DNA of 64,000 nt from an uncultured Chloroflexia bacterium (GCA_963774265.1 CAVZDU010000001.1:928001-992000); one strand, 5' to 3'. Shown: positions 10,581 to 22,974, counted from the stretch's first letter. The notes: a model not told the origin generated them from the letters alone. Made by a program: numbers and translations.

Positions 10581-11114
10581 ATTACTACCGTAACGACAAA
10601 ATCCACTCGCGTCAATCAGCAAATTCGGGTCCGCGAAGTGCGGGTCGTCGACGAGGAGGGTAACCAACTCGGGATTTACGCGATTCAGGACGCACTCCGG
10701 TTGGCGTTCGACAAGGGCCTGGACCTGGTCGAGGTTGCGCCCAACGCTGTGCCGCCCGTCTGCCGTTTGCTGGACTTCGGTAAGTTCCAGTTTGACAAGC
10801 AGAAGAAGGACCGCGAGGCGCGCAAGGCGCAGAAGATCATCGAGATGAAAGAGATCCGTCTGCGACCGCGGACGGGTGAGCACGATCTCGACACCAAGGT
10901 GCGCCAAGCGCTGTCTTTTCTCGACGAAGGCAGTAAGGTGAAGGTCACCGTTCGCTTCCGCGGACGTGAGATCACGCATCCTGAGATTGCGCGCGAGCAG
11001 TTGGATGAGTTTGCCACGAAAGTGGGGGCGGCCGCGATCATCGAGGCGCAACCGCTGCTGGAAGGCAAGAATTTGTTTATGATGCTTGGGCCGAACCCTG
11101 CTAATAAGAAGTAG
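10581..11114 (+). CDS. infC: Translation initiation factor IF-3, ATT start
   Basis: GAGGTG RBS then in-frame ATT at 10581 giving ...RVNQQIRVREVRV; LDLVEVAP and FRGRE motifs. Confidence 0.95.
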   Translation: MTTVTTKSTRVNQQIRVREVRVVDEEGNQLGIYAIQDALRLAFDKGLDLVEVAPNAVPPVCRLLDFGKFQFDKQKKDREARKAQKIIEMKEIRLRPRTGEHDLDTKVRQALSFLDEGSKVKVTVRFRGREITHPEIAREQLDEFATKVGAAAIIEAQPLLEGKNLFMMLGPNPANKK

Positions 11115-11134
11115 CCCGGGCACGTTTTTGGAGG

Positions 11135-11344
11135 ATGGCTGTGCCGAAGATCAAGACCCATAAGTCCACCGCGAAGCGGTTTCGCCGCACTGGAACCGGC
11201 AAGCTGGTTGCTATGCACCAGGGCCGCGGCCACCTGCGACGCCACAAGTCCCCACGCACGCTGCGCAAGTACCGCGTGACCAAGGTCGTGGAAGCGAACT
11301 CGGCCGACGCGCGCGTCACCAAGCTGGCGCCGTACATCGACTGA
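11135..11344 (+). CDS. rpmI: 50S ribosomal protein L35
   Basis: PKIKTHKSTAKRFRRTGTGK; lies between infC and rplT. Confidence 0.96.
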   Translation: MAVPKIKTHKSTAKRFRRTGTGKLVAMHQGRGHLRRHKSPRTLRKYRVTKVVEANSADARVTKLAPYID

Positions 11345-11437
11345 GTCATCATCAGCGCGTCCCATTCGTTACGAGGGACGCCGATGGCCATTACAAAGTG
11401 CCGGTAAAGCCCGGCCGCCATTAAGAGGGAGAAATAA

Positions 11438-11794
11438 ATGCCTCGAGCCAGGGGTGGAGTTGTTCTCCGCCGACGTCACAACAAAATTCTGAAGATGACC
11501 AAGGGACAGCGCATGTCGCGCCACCTGCTCTGGCATCGCGCAAACGAAGCCATGCTCAAGTCCCTGTTCTACGCCACCCGCGACCGCCGCGCCAAGAAGC
11601 GTGATATCCGCCGGCTGTGGATCGCACGCATTAACGCCGCGGCCCGGCTGAACGGCATCACTTACAGCCGGCTGCAGCATGCGCTCAAGGTGGCTAACAT
11701 CGAACTGGATCGCAAGATCCTGGCTGAGCTGGCCGTGCGGGATCCTCAGGCTTTTGCCCGAGTGGTCGAGGTCGCCAAGTCCGCCGTGGCTTGA
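11438..11794 (+). CDS. rplT: 50S ribosomal protein L20
   Basis: [13 protein letters not shown] and [10 protein letters not shown] motifs. Confidence 0.97.
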   Translation: MPRARGGVVLRRRHNKILKMTKGQRMSRHLLWHRANEAMLKSLFYATRDRRAKKRDIRRLWIARINAAARLNGITYSRLQHALKVANIELDRKILAELAVRDPQAFARVVEVAKSAVA

Positions 11795-11819
11795 TGCCAT
11801 CACACCACTGGAGCCGTGC

Positions 11820-12611
11820 ATGATCACGAGCCCAGATAACCCCAAAGTCAAGCAGGCCCGGGCGCTTCTAGAGCCGAAGGGCCGCCGTGAACAGGGGCGC
11901 TGCCTGATAGAGGGCGTGCGGCTGATCGAAGAAGCCATGAGAGCGGGGCATTCCCCCGCTCTCGTTTTTTTTACCGGTCAGGCGCGACAAAACCTGCGCG
12001 CAGCGGAGTTGCTGCGCGCAGTTGAATTGGCGGGCGCGCCGCTTGACGAGTTGAGCCCACCAGTTTTTGGAACTCTCAGCGACACCGTTGTGTCCCAGGG
12101 GGTGATCGCGGTCCTGCCCATGCCGCAGGTGATGACACCTGGGGCGATGGGGCTTGTTTTGGTGCTGGATCAAATCCGCGATCCGGGGAACCTGGGAACG
12201 ATCTTGCGCGGGAGCGAAGCCGCCGGCGTCTCTCAGGTTGTCCTCACGCCCGGATGCGTCGATCCCTGGAACCCAAAGGTGGTTCGGAGCGGCATGGGCG
12301 CCCATTTCCGGCTGCCGCTCATCGCCGCAGATAGTTGGGCGGCAGTAGCCGACCTGGTTAAAGGGCGGTCCGTCTGGCTGGCCGATGCGCGCGGCGCGAT
12401 GCCGTATGACGAGGTGGACTGGACCACCCCGTGCGCGCTGGTGATCGGCGGCGAGGCTGCGGGACTGAGCGTCGAGGCACAGCAATTGGGCACAGGCAGC
12501 GTGATGATTCCCATGGCCGGGCCCGTCGAGTCACTGAATGCAGCGATGGCCGCTACCATCCTGGTTTTTGAGGCTGCGCGCCAGCGTCGCCACGCACGAA
12601 ACCTCCGCTGA
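11820..12611 (+). CDS. TrmH/SpoU family RNA methyltransferase
   Basis: ITSPDNPKVK, DPGNLGTILR, GGEAAG and ESLNAAMA motifs. Confidence 0.93.
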   Translation: MITSPDNPKVKQARALLEPKGRREQGRCLIEGVRLIEEAMRAGHSPALVFFTGQARQNLRAAELLRAVELAGAPLDELSPPVFGTLSDTVVSQGVIAVLPMPQVMTPGAMGLVLVLDQIRDPGNLGTILRGSEAAGVSQVVLTPGCVDPWNPKVVRSGMGAHFRLPLIAADSWAAVADLVKGRSVWLADARGAMPYDEVDWTTPCALVIGGEAAGLSVEAQQLGTGSVMIPMAGPVESLNAAMAATILVFEAARQRRHARNLR

Positions 12612-12613
12612 GG

Positions 12614-14153
12614 CTTGCGGTACCCCACTTTGTAATGCCAGCTAGTTGAATAGATCGACAGCTTCGGGCATCTTGTGTTATTCCACAAACCCAAGTATCC
12701 GGAGCTGTCGATGACCTTAACATATGCTGATGTATTGACATTTGTCCAGCATCTCACACCCACGTGGGTCAAGCCGCAGCAGAGCATGCTGGCGCAGATC
12801 GTGAGTGCGTTGACGGAACGTCCGAGCTTCTGTGCGACCGAGGTGGCGCGTGCGCTGCCCGACGGACCGCGTGCGCAGGGCCGCCAGTCGTTGCATGGTC
12901 GGCTCAAACGGCTGAACCGCTTTCTGAGCAATCCACGCCTGGATGAGCCCGAGATCTTCTATCGGTGGTACCGCTTAGCCGTCCACTTTAGCACCGCGGT
13001 GCCGACGGACCCGCAACTATTGCCCGTCTTACTCGACACGACGTATTTCGAGCCCTTTGCGGCCCTGATTGCCAGCGTGCCCTGTGGCGGCCGCGCCTTG
13101 CCCATCGTGTTCACCACCTATCATCGCCGCCAACTCCGGGCCTGTTTCCCCCCGGCCGCCCGCTGGCCCACGCCCGATACGACCAGCATCCGGCCCGCAC
13201 GACAGCAGCACCAACCGCTGCAAGCGGCGAGCGCCGAGGTGCACCACTGGACCAGTCAAAACCACATCGAGGAACAACTGCTCCATTACCTGTGGTCCTT
13301 GACCACCCCCAGCCAGCAAATCGTGATCGTGGCGGATCGCGGGTTTGCGCGCGCCAGTCTTTTCCGCTGGTTTCTGACCCACCAGCGCCAGTTTGTGATT
13401 CGGTTCGACGGCGAAACCTGGCTGCACCTGCCCGACGGGACGGCCGGCGCGGCCAAGGACGTGTTGGCCCTGCAACCCGGCCAACGGCGCTGGCTGCCGC
13501 AGGCCCAGTACGGCAAAGACGACCAAGTGCCCGTGGCGGTCCTGGCGCTCTGGGAAGTCGGTCACAAGGAACCCTGGTATCTGGCTACCAATCTACCGTC
13601 TGAACCCGCCACCGAAACCTGTTATCGCTGGCGTATGCGCATTGAAGCCGGTAACCGCGACGACAAATCCGGCGTCATGCTCCGCGAAAGCGGCGATGAA
13701 CACCGCCTTAAGTCACCCTTACACGTGCACCGCTTGCTCCTGGCCAACCTGTGCCTGCACTGGCTCGCCGCACTCACGGGCCTCCAGGCCCATCATGACT
13801 TGGCGCAACCGCACGCGATCGCCCCCGCCCTCGAAGCGGCACCCCCGGATACACCGGATGCCGACTTGCTGGCCCATGGCCCCGCCCAGCCGCCCCCAGT
13901 CATCCCCCATCGCGGCCCACAACCCCACCTCCCCCACTGGATGCGCCGCTTTGCCGCACGCGGCTGGCTCAGCTATGTGCGCCTCGGCCTCGAAATCCTG
14001 CGCGCCCCCGCCTGGTCGACACTCGTCCGCCGCGCCGTCCACTGGCTCGGCGTCTATCTCTGGACCACAACCCCGCTCTGGCGCCCATGGCAGCGTCGCT
14101 ACCGCCTCAAACACTGGTGGCCCCTACCAAGCTAGAAAGTGGGGTACCGCAAG
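12614..14153 (+). mobile_element. Complete IS4-family insertion sequence (1540 bp)
   Basis: Perfect 18-bp terminal inverted repeats CTTGCGGTACCCCACTTT (12614-12631 and 14136-14153); 9-bp direct repeat CCGCTGAGG at 12605-12613 and 14154-14162. Confidence 0.95.
12675..14135 (+). CDS. IS4-family DDE transposase
   Basis: LLDTT, VADRGF, EPWYLATN and YRWRMRIEAGNRDDK, which matches the Y-2-R-3-E-6-K signature. Alternative start ATG 12711. Confidence 0.92.
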   Translation: MLFHKPKYPELSMTLTYADVLTFVQHLTPTWVKPQQSMLAQIVSALTERPSFCATEVARALPDGPRAQGRQSLHGRLKRLNRFLSNPRLDEPEIFYRWYRLAVHFSTAVPTDPQLLPVLLDTTYFEPFAALIASVPCGGRALPIVFTTYHRRQLRACFPPAARWPTPDTTSIRPARQQHQPLQAASAEVHHWTSQNHIEEQLLHYLWSLTTPSQQIVIVADRGFARASLFRWFLTHQRQFVIRFDGETWLHLPDGTAGAAKDVLALQPGQRRWLPQAQYGKDDQVPVAVLALWEVGHKEPWYLATNLPSEPATETCYRWRMRIEAGNRDDKSGVMLRESGDEHRLKSPLHVHRLLLANLCLHWLAALTGLQAHHDLAQPHAIAPALEAAPPDTPDADLLAHGPAQPPPVIPHRGPQPHLPHWMRRFAARGWLSYVRLGLEILRAPAWSTLVRRAVHWLGVYLWTTTPLWRPWQRRYRLKHWWPLPS

Positions 14154-14294
14154 CCGCTGAGGCTATTGCAAATAGCGTGAAATCCGTGTATGATCATGTG
14201 GCAGACCGCACAACTGCTGGAAGGAGGGAGGAACACACGCGTCGGATCTGACTTGTGATGATGAGCGTTCAACTTAATAGAAAGGTTTGCCCAG

Positions 14295-15356
14295 ATGACT
14301 GCCGAGATTATCTTTCGTGTGCTCGGACTGATTCTTTTTGGAATTATCGGTTGGCTGGCAGGTACAGTGTGGGCAGGAACATCAACCCTTAATATCATCT
14401 CGGTGCGATATATCCTGCCTCTCTCCGTCGCCGGTGCAGTGATCGGCGCCATTATCGCCCCTTGGCTGACGACGCGGCCTGCAGCGTGGGCACGGCGCGT
14501 CATCAACGAATTGACCGCTGCGCAATTGCTATCAGGTGGCATCGGCCTGGTGATCGGGCTGGTAATTGCTGCGCTGTTAGCCATCCCTCTTTCGTATCTC
14601 CCGCCGCCGTTTAGCGCCATCTTGCCTACAGTGGTCGCCATTATCTTCGGATATCTTGGCATCACGGTGATGGTACTGCGGCAGCGCGAGATTTTCGCGC
14701 TCTTTCGACGCAAGAATGCTGGCGAAGCAGAGGTTGCCGCTGAGGGTGACCACGGCGTAAAGGAAGAAACGCTTCTGCTGGATACGAGCGTTATCATCGA
14801 TGGCCGGATCGCCGACGTGGCCCACACGGGGTTCATCCGTTCGACGCTGCTCGTGCCACGTTTTGTTCTTGCCGAGCTGCAGTATATTGCTGATTCACCC
14901 GACTCGTTGCGAAGGAACCGGGGCCGACGCGGGCTGGAGATGCTCAACCGGATGCAGAAGGATTCGCCGGTGCCGATCCGTATCGTCGACCTGGATGTGG
15001 ACGGGGTGCGCCAGGTGGACGCTAAACTGGTGCAGCTTGGCCGGCAGCTCAATGCACCGATTGTCACGAACGACTACAACCTGAATCGCGTGGCAGCCTT
15101 GCAAGGCGTGCAAGTGCTCAATATTAACGAGCTGAGTAATGCGGTTAAGTCGATCGTGCTTCCGGGTGAGAATATGACCGTTCGCGTCATCCAGGAAGGC
15201 AAGGAAGTCGGCCAGGGGATCGCCTATCTTGACGATGGCACGATGGTGGTGATCGAGAACGGCCGGCGCTACATGGACGCCGATCTTGACGTCACGGTCA
15301 CGAAGGTGCTCCAGACCAATGCCGGACGCATGATTTTTGCCGCGCCGAACCGTTGA
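14295..15356 (+). CDS. Membrane-anchored PIN/TRAM domain protein (YacL-like)
   Basis: Four TM helices, LLDTSVIIDGRI, TNDYNLNRVA and YLDDGTMVVIE motifs. Confidence 0.93.
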   Translation: MTAEIIFRVLGLILFGIIGWLAGTVWAGTSTLNIISVRYILPLSVAGAVIGAIIAPWLTTRPAAWARRVINELTAAQLLSGGIGLVIGLVIAALLAIPLSYLPPPFSAILPTVVAIIFGYLGITVMVLRQREIFALFRRKNAGEAEVAAEGDHGVKEETLLLDTSVIIDGRIADVAHTGFIRSTLLVPRFVLAELQYIADSPDSLRRNRGRRGLEMLNRMQKDSPVPIRIVDLDVDGVRQVDAKLVQLGRQLNAPIVTNDYNLNRVAALQGVQVLNINELSNAVKSIVLPGENMTVRVIQEGKEVGQGIAYLDDGTMVVIENGRRYMDADLDVTVTKVLQTNAGRMIFAAPNR

Positions 15357-15363
15357 GGCGATC

Positions 15364-16026
15364 GTGATCGTAACGTTGTCACGCCAGCTTGGGAGCGAGG
15401 GAGAGGCGATTGCCGCGCGCGTCGCCACGGCACTGGGGCTGGAACTGATCGATCGGGACTTTGTCCACACCGCGGCCCTGGCGGTGGGCATCAGCGACGA
15501 TTTGTTGCGCCGCCTGATGTACGAGGGGCAGCGCACGGTGGCAAGCGAGATCCTGCAGTCGCTGGGCACCCCGCGCGCACCGACCGCATCTGCGGTCTCA
15601 GCCTCCAGCCCCTTGCTCGGCGTGTTTGCGCCCATGGCATCCGAGGCAGCCACCAACTTGGAGGATGCCGCAAAGGCCGTGGGCCAGGTCATCAAGAAGA
15701 TCGCAGCCCGGGACGGTGTGCTCATCCTGGGCCAAGGGGGGCGGTCCTTGCTTCAGGCGGAGCGGCACGTCTGCCACGTGCTCGTTCTGGCGCCAGTCGA
15801 GGTGAGAGTGGCGCGTGTTGCTCAAAGCGAAGGCCTCACGCTCGTCGCGGCGCGGCGCAGAGTGCGGATGAGCGACGCAGCCCGGAGCGATTATCTGGCC
15901 CGGTACCATAACAGCCGCTGGATAGACCCGCTACTATATCATCTGGTCGTCAATACGGGCGTTACGCCTCCCGAAGGCGCGGCGTCTTTGATCGTTAAGG
16001 CCGCGAAGATCATGGCGTCAGCCTGA
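15364..16026 (+). CDS. Cytidylate kinase-like family protein
   Basis: VTLSRQLGSEG, VLILGQGG and YHLVVNT motifs. Confidence 0.85.
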   Translation: MIVTLSRQLGSEGEAIAARVATALGLELIDRDFVHTAALAVGISDDLLRRLMYEGQRTVASEILQSLGTPRAPTASAVSASSPLLGVFAPMASEAATNLEDAAKAVGQVIKKIAARDGVLILGQGGRSLLQAERHVCHVLVLAPVEVRVARVAQSEGLTLVAARRRVRMSDAARSDYLARYHNSRWIDPLLYHLVVNTGVTPPEGAASLIVKAAKIMASA

Positions 16027-16055
16027 TCGGCTTTCACCTTGTGGAGTGAGAAGGC

Positions 16056-17464
16056 ATGTCACTCGTTGTATACAACACCCTGACACGCACGACAGAGCCG
16101 TTTGAAACGCTTGAACCGGGAAGGTCCGCATGTACGTCTGCGGGCCAACCGTCTACGCCGACGCGCACGTCGGCCACGCCATGTCGTCCATCGTGTTCGA
16201 CTTCATCCGCCGCTACCTGGCAGTACAAGGGCTATGATGTGCGCCACGTCATGAACTTCACCGATGTGGACGACAAGATCATCGCCCGCGCGGCCAAGAG
16301 CGGCGAAGACCCGGCAGTGATCGCCAGCCGCTACGCCGAGAAGTACCAGGAGCAGTTGGAGCAGCTGAACGTGCTTGCGGCCGACCGTCTTCCCGCGTGT
16401 CTCGCAGACGATCCCGGAGATCATCCAGATGTGATCCAGGGCCTGATCGAGAAGGGCATGCCTATGTCGACGCCGGGCGGCGATGTCTATTTCCGCGTGC
16501 GTTCCGATCCCGGACTACGGCAAGCTCTCGCGACGGCGGCTGGAGGAGGCGGTTTCAGGCACGCGGGTGACGGCCAGCGGAGGAAAAGCGAGACGAAGGC
16601 GACTTCGCCCTGTGGAAGGCGGCCAAGCCGGGCGAGCCGAGCTGGGACAGCCCGTGGGGCAAGGGCCGGCCGGGCTGGCACATCGAATGCTCGGCCATGA
16701 ACCTGCGCCTACCTGGGCGAGCAGATCGACATCCACGGCGGCGGCAACGACCTGATCTTCCCGCACCACGAGAACGAGATCGCCCAGACCGAGATCTTCA
16801 CCGGCAAGCCGTTTGCCCGCTACTGGATGCACAACGGCATGCTGCAGCTCAAGGGCGAGAAGATGTCCAAGAGCCTGGGCAACCTGGTCACGATCGACGA
16901 TTTCCTGGCCGAGCACGACGCCGACGTGTTGCGGCTGGTCATCGCCGGCAGCGGCTATCGCAAGCCGCTCGTCTTCAACGACGACGTGATCGCCGACGGC
17001 GAGCGCGCGCTGGAGCGGCTGCGTTCGGCGCTGCGCCCGCCGACCGGCCAGGTGACGCGACGGACCGGCGGTCGATGCGCTGGCTGAACAGGTGCGCAGG
17101 GCGCCGCGCGGCCTTCGAAGCCGCGATGGACGACGACTTCAACACCGCCGGCGGCCTGGCGGCGCTCTTCGACCTGGTGCGCGCCATCAACGCGGCGCGC
17201 GATGCCGGGGTCGGCGGCGAGCCGTTTGCCGATGCCCAGGCGACCTTCCGCGCGCTGATCGATGTGCTGGGGCTGCGCCTGGAGACGCCGAGGTCGGACG
17301 GCCAGTCGATCGCACCGTTCGTCGAGTTGCTGTTGACCGTGCGCCAGGATCTGCGCAAGGCCAAGCAGTGGGCGCTGTCCGACAAGATCCGCGACGAGCT
17401 GAAGGCGTTGGGCGTGGTCGTGGAGGATTCAGCGCAGGGCAGCACCTGGCGGCTGGTTAGGTGA
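16056..17464 (+). CDS. cysS: Cysteine--tRNA ligase (multiple frameshifts)
   Basis: [39 protein letters not shown] and AMDDDFNT motifs in successive frames. Confidence 0.95.
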
Positions 17465-17476
17465 AGGTGTGACCGC

Positions 17477-18400
17477 GTGGCACTGAGAAGCGAACGACTC
17501 CCAGAACTCGGATCGTCCGCGGCGTGAGCCTGCACGACTCGACCGGGGCGGTGCACCGGCCGCAAGCCGGTCGAGCAGCCCTCGACCGGTCGCCCAGCGC
17601 CGACCGAGAACGCCGCGAGCCGGCGCGGCCGATCGCCGAAGGACGCCTGATCGTCGGCCACGGCGAGGTCGATCGGCCGCCATGCTGTCCTCGAAGCCTG
17701 CGGCGGGCCGGCGCCATCGGCGCATTGTCTGGCCGAAGGCACCGAACGGTCGCCCATCCTCGCCGAGATCATGGCCGCAGCGCGTCGGTGGGCTGTGCGC
17801 TGGTCGAGGCGCCGCGGCAGCGGCTGGACGATGCAGTCCGGCGAACCACCAGGGCGTGATCGCCGAGGCCGGGCATATCCGTACGCCGATCTGGACTCTG
17901 CTGCTGACTGCGACCGGTGACAGCGCTTTACCTGGTGCTGGATCACCTGCAGGACGTGCAGAACCTGGGCACGCTGCTTGCGCACGGCTGAGGCGATGGC
18001 GGTGACCGGGGTGCTTCTGCCCGACCGCCGGTCGGCGGCGGTCACGCCGGCCGTCGTGAACGCGTCGGCGGGCGCGGTCGAGCACCTGCGCGATCGCGCT
18101 GGTCGGCAATCTGGTGCAGGCGCTGGAACGTGCTGAAGGAAGCCGGCGTCTGGGTGGTGGGCCTGGACGCCGCGCCCGAGGCCGTGCCGCTGGCCAAGGC
18201 CGATCTGACGGGTCCGCTGGCGCTGGTGGTCGGCGCCGAGGGCGCGGGTCTGACCCGGCTGGTGCGCGAGCATTGCGACTGGCTGCTGGCGATCCCGATG
18301 TACGGCAAGGTCGCGTCGCTCAACGCCGCGGTGGCGGGCTCGGTCGTGCTGGTGGCCGCTCGGCAGGCGCGGTCAGGCGCCGCGTCAGGCGCCGACGTGA
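17477..18400 (+). CDS. rlmB: 23S rRNA Gm2251 methyltransferase (frameshifted, boundaries approximate)
   Basis: [32 protein letters not shown] and [11 protein letters not shown] motifs; canonical position after cysS. Confidence 0.88.
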
Positions 18401-18534
18401 AGCGCTCGACAGGTTTGCGCGCGAATGGGGCTGCATATTTGACTTTTGACGCCTGCGCGGCATATACTGGCACTTCGCAGCGCCGGATGCAGAGCTTTGT
18501 CTGGCGACAGCGTTGCTGTCTGATGCGAGCCTGT

Positions 18535-18607
18535 GCCGACGTAGCTCAATCGGCAGAGCATCGACCTTGTAAGTCGAGGGTTGCCGGTTCGATTCCGGCC
18601 GTCGGCT
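18535..18607 (+). tRNA. tRNA-Thr(TGT)
   Basis: Acceptor GCCGACG/CGTCGGC, anticodon loop CTTGTAA. Confidence 0.95.
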
Positions 18608-18642
18608 TGCGGGACGACACTCCGGGTGCTTGACATTCGATC

Positions 18643-18724
18643 GGGCAGGTACCCAAGTGGCCAAAGGGGGCTGACTGTAAATCAGCTGGCAACGCCTTCG
18701 GAGGTTCGAATCCTTCTCTGCCCA
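18643..18724 (+). tRNA. tRNA-Tyr(GTA)
   Basis: CTGAC-CTGTAAA-like anticodon arm, long variable arm, GGTTCGAATCC. Confidence 0.95.
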
Positions 18725-18764
18725 CTGAGCGATTGCAGACGTTCGATCTGTAATTCAATCGGCT

Positions 18765-18840
18765 GCCCACGTAGCTCAGTCGGTAGAGCACGTTCTTGGT
18801 AAGAACGGGGTCATCGGTTCAAATCCGATCGTGGGCTCCA
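18765..18840 (+). tRNA. tRNA-Thr(GGT)
   Basis: Acceptor GCCCACG/CGTGGGC, anticodon loop TTGGTAA, encoded TCCA end. Confidence 0.96.
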
Positions 18841-18946
18841 TCGAGTTGTCATCACTGTATCGCCGCCGCTTCCTTCGCCATGAGCTCGAGGGATCGGGCG
18901 GCGACTTAACGCCCAAAGGCTACGTGCAAGCAGGAGGTTACCATCC

Positions 18947-20151
<1,205 letters not shown>

Positions 20152-20222
20152 TTGAAGGTCACAGGTTGAAGGCTGGAGGTCGCGACCTTCGACCTTCAAC
20201 TTGCACCTGTAACGAGGTAAAC

Positions 20223-20394
20223 ATGGCTACTGCAAAGAAAGCAAATCGGACTGGTCGTGACGCTGGCCTGCACCGAGTGCAAGGAGCGCACCTACACGAC
20301 CGAGAAGAATCGCAAGAACACCCAGGGCCGCCTGGAACTGAAGAAGTACTGCCCACGTTGCCACAAGCACATGAAGCATCGCGAGACGAAGTAA
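20223..20394 (+). CDS. rpmG: 50S ribosomal protein L33, Zn-binding type (frameshift)
   Basis: LACTECKER...[29 protein letters not shown]. Confidence 0.95.
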
Positions 20395-20450
20395 GACGAT
20401 GACGATAGACGACGGACGCTGGTCATCGTCGTCATCGTCCTCGTCTGCAT

Positions 20451-20523
20451 AGGCGTGTAGCTCAATTGGCAGAGCACCGCTCTCCAAAAGCGGGGGTTGC
20501 GGGTTCAAGTCCTGCCACGCCTG
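20451..20523 (+). tRNA. tRNA-Trp(CCA)
   Basis: Acceptor AGGCGTG/CACGCCT, anticodon loop CTCCAAA; canonical position before secE. Confidence 0.95.
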
Positions 20524-20676
20524 TCTCGAATAGCGGTTGTTCTACGACAAGACACCGTCTCGGCACGGCTCTCTGCTGAATGGCGGTTGAGTCAGACAGC
20601 CGACTGGGTACGGTGTCTTGAATCGTAAACGACCTGTGACATGCCGTCGGAAGCTACGGCATCGCGGAGGGATCGC

Positions 20677-20899
20677 GTGAGCAAAGAAACTGACGCAGGC
20701 AAAGCCGAAGATAATCGACAGGCTCAAGTGCGTACTTCAAGGACACGCGCGGTGAACTCCGCAAGGTGACTTGGCCGACGCGCAAGCAGGCGACCAACCT
20801 GACTCTGATCGTGCTGGCCGTGACCGTCGCGATGGCGATCTTTCTGGGTGCGGTCGACTTTGTTGTTCGCTGCAGCTGATCCGGCTGATCGTTAGCTGA
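20677..20899 (+). CDS. secE: Preprotein translocase subunit SecE (frameshifted)
   Basis: ELRKVTWPTRKQA followed by a TM helix ending GAVDF. Confidence 0.9.
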
Positions 20900-20945
20900 A
20901 GAGCTGCAGGCACGGCATTTGACGGCAACGTGGATGGCGGTGAGC

Positions 20946-21637
20946 ATGGACGACTGGCAAGACATCGAGCCTGCAAGACGACCTGGATACCTCAGACCGT
21001 GCCAGGACGACGGTTCGGCGTCGCCGGCGGTGGTCCTGCGGCCGTGGAGCCGAGCGGCAGCGGAGCCGTCGAAGATCAGACGCCAGAGGACGAGCCGATG
21101 GCCGATGAGGCCAAGCCGCAGTGGTACGTCGTCCACTGCTACTCGGGTTACGAGAACAAGGTCAAGAAGAACCTGGAACATCGCACCGAGTCCATGGGGA
21201 TGACAGACTCACATCCTCGAGGTGATCGTGCCCACCGAGGAACAGGTCGAGCTGCGCGATGGTCAACGTCGCGTCGTCGAGCGCCGCATCTATCCCGGCT
21301 ATGTGCTGGTCCAGATGATCCTGGACGAAGAATCCTGGTATGTGGTGCGCAATACGCCCGGCGTGACTGGCTTCGTGGGCATCGGCAACAAGCCGACGCC
21401 GCTGCGCCAGGAAGAAGTCGACCGGATCATGCGGCGCATGGAGGCCGAGGAGCCGGTGGCCGCAGGTCAAGGTCAAGGCCGGCGACAAGGTGCGCATCGT
21501 CGAAGGCTCCTTCGTCGACTTTCAACGGCACTGTCGACGAAGTCTATCCCGACAAAGGCAAGGCCCGGGTGCTGGTTTCTTTCTTCAACCGGGAGACGCC
21601 GATCGAGGTCGATCTGCTGCAGATCGAGCGGCTGTAG
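20946..21637 (+). CDS. nusG: Transcription factor NusG (frameshifted)
   Basis: WYVVHCYSGYENKVK, YPGYVLV, VRNTPGVTGFVG and FNRETPIE motifs. Confidence 0.95.
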
Positions 21638-21695
21638 ACCGCAAGTATTTTCGATAACGCTTGAATCAGTCTAGTTGGCATAGGAGTAATTGTTC

Positions 21696-22122
21696 ATGGC
21701 GAAGAAAGTCAAGGCAATCGTCAAGTTGCAGATCATGGCCGGCAAGGCGAATCCGGCGCCGCCGGTTGGCCCGGCCTTGGGCCAGCACGGCGTCAACATC
21801 ATGGCCTTCTGCAAGGAGTACAATGCCCGGACGGCGACTCAGGCCGGCACGGTGATTCCGGTCGAGATCACCATCTTCACCGACCAGTCTTTCACGTTCG
21901 TGACCAAGACGCCGCCGGCCGCCGACCTGATCAAGCAGGCCGCCGGCGTGCAGAAGGGCTCAGCCAAGCCGAATCAGGACAAGGTCGGCAAGCTCACCCG
22001 CAAGCAGGTGCGCGAGATCGCCGAGCTCAAGCTGAAGGATCTGAACGCGTACGACGTCGACAATGGCGATGCGGATGATCGAAGGCTCCGCCCGCAGCAT
22101 GGGCATCACCGTCGTCGACTGA
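21696..22122 (+). CDS. rplK: 50S ribosomal protein L11 (frameshift near 3' end)
   Basis: [26 protein letters not shown] motif. Confidence 0.97.
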
Positions 22123-22139
22123 ACGCTACGCGCGTGCCC

Positions 22140-22200
22140 GCATGGGAGGGCGCTGGCGCTGACAGGCCGCGTGCCCGCTATCACCACGCCCGGCCACAGT
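22140..22200 (+). promoter_or_regulatory. Probable L1-binding autoregulatory RNA element before rplA
   Basis: TGGGAGG...CCGCTATCACCAC resembles the L1 operator found between rplK and rplA in several phyla. Confidence 0.5.
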
Positions 22201-22222
22201 GTCGGGTAGAGGAGAGCATAAG

Positions 22223-22945
22223 ATGGCAAAGCACGGTAAGAAGTACATCGGACGCCGCCAAGCTGGTCGACCGCGATGAAGTACTACGCGCCGGCCGAGG
22301 CGGTGGATCTGCTCAAGAAGGTCTCCTACTCCGAAGTTCGACGGCACCATCGAGGTGCATGTTCGCCTGGGCGTTGATCCCCGCCACGCCGACCAGCAGG
22401 TGCGCAGCACGGTGCTGCTGCCGGCCGGTCTGGGCAAGCCGGTGCGCATCCTGGTCTTCGCCGAAGGCGATGGCGCGCGGCTGGCCGAGCAGGCCGGCGC
22501 CGATTACGTCGGCCTGGATGACATGATCGCCAAGATCCAGGGCGGCTGGCTCGAGTTCGACATGGCCATCGCCACGCCGCAGGTCATGGGCAAGGTCGGC
22601 CGCCTGGGCCGTATCCTGGGCACCCGCGGCCTGATGCCGAACCCGAAGGCCGGCACCATCGTGCAGCCCGACGACCTGCCGCGTGCGATCAAGGAGGCGC
22701 GCCAGGGCCGTGTCGAGTTCAAGGTCGACAAGACCGGCAACCTGCACGTGCCCATCGGCAAGATGAGCTTCACGCCCGAGCAGATGCTGGACAACCTGAC
22801 TGCGCTGATGGACGCGGTGAACCGGGCCAAGCCCACCGGCGCCAAGGGCATCTACATCCGGCGGGTGACTTTGACATCGACCATGGCGCCCGGCATCCGT
22901 CTGGATACGCTGCAGGCATCGGCCTTGAAGTCGACTGCGGCCTGA
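22223..22945 (+). CDS. rplA: 50S ribosomal protein L1 (frameshifted)
   Basis: [24 protein letters not shown] and STMAPGI motifs. Confidence 0.97.
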
Positions 22946-22974
22946 GTTCGATCGCTTCACAACCGAATACGCTC

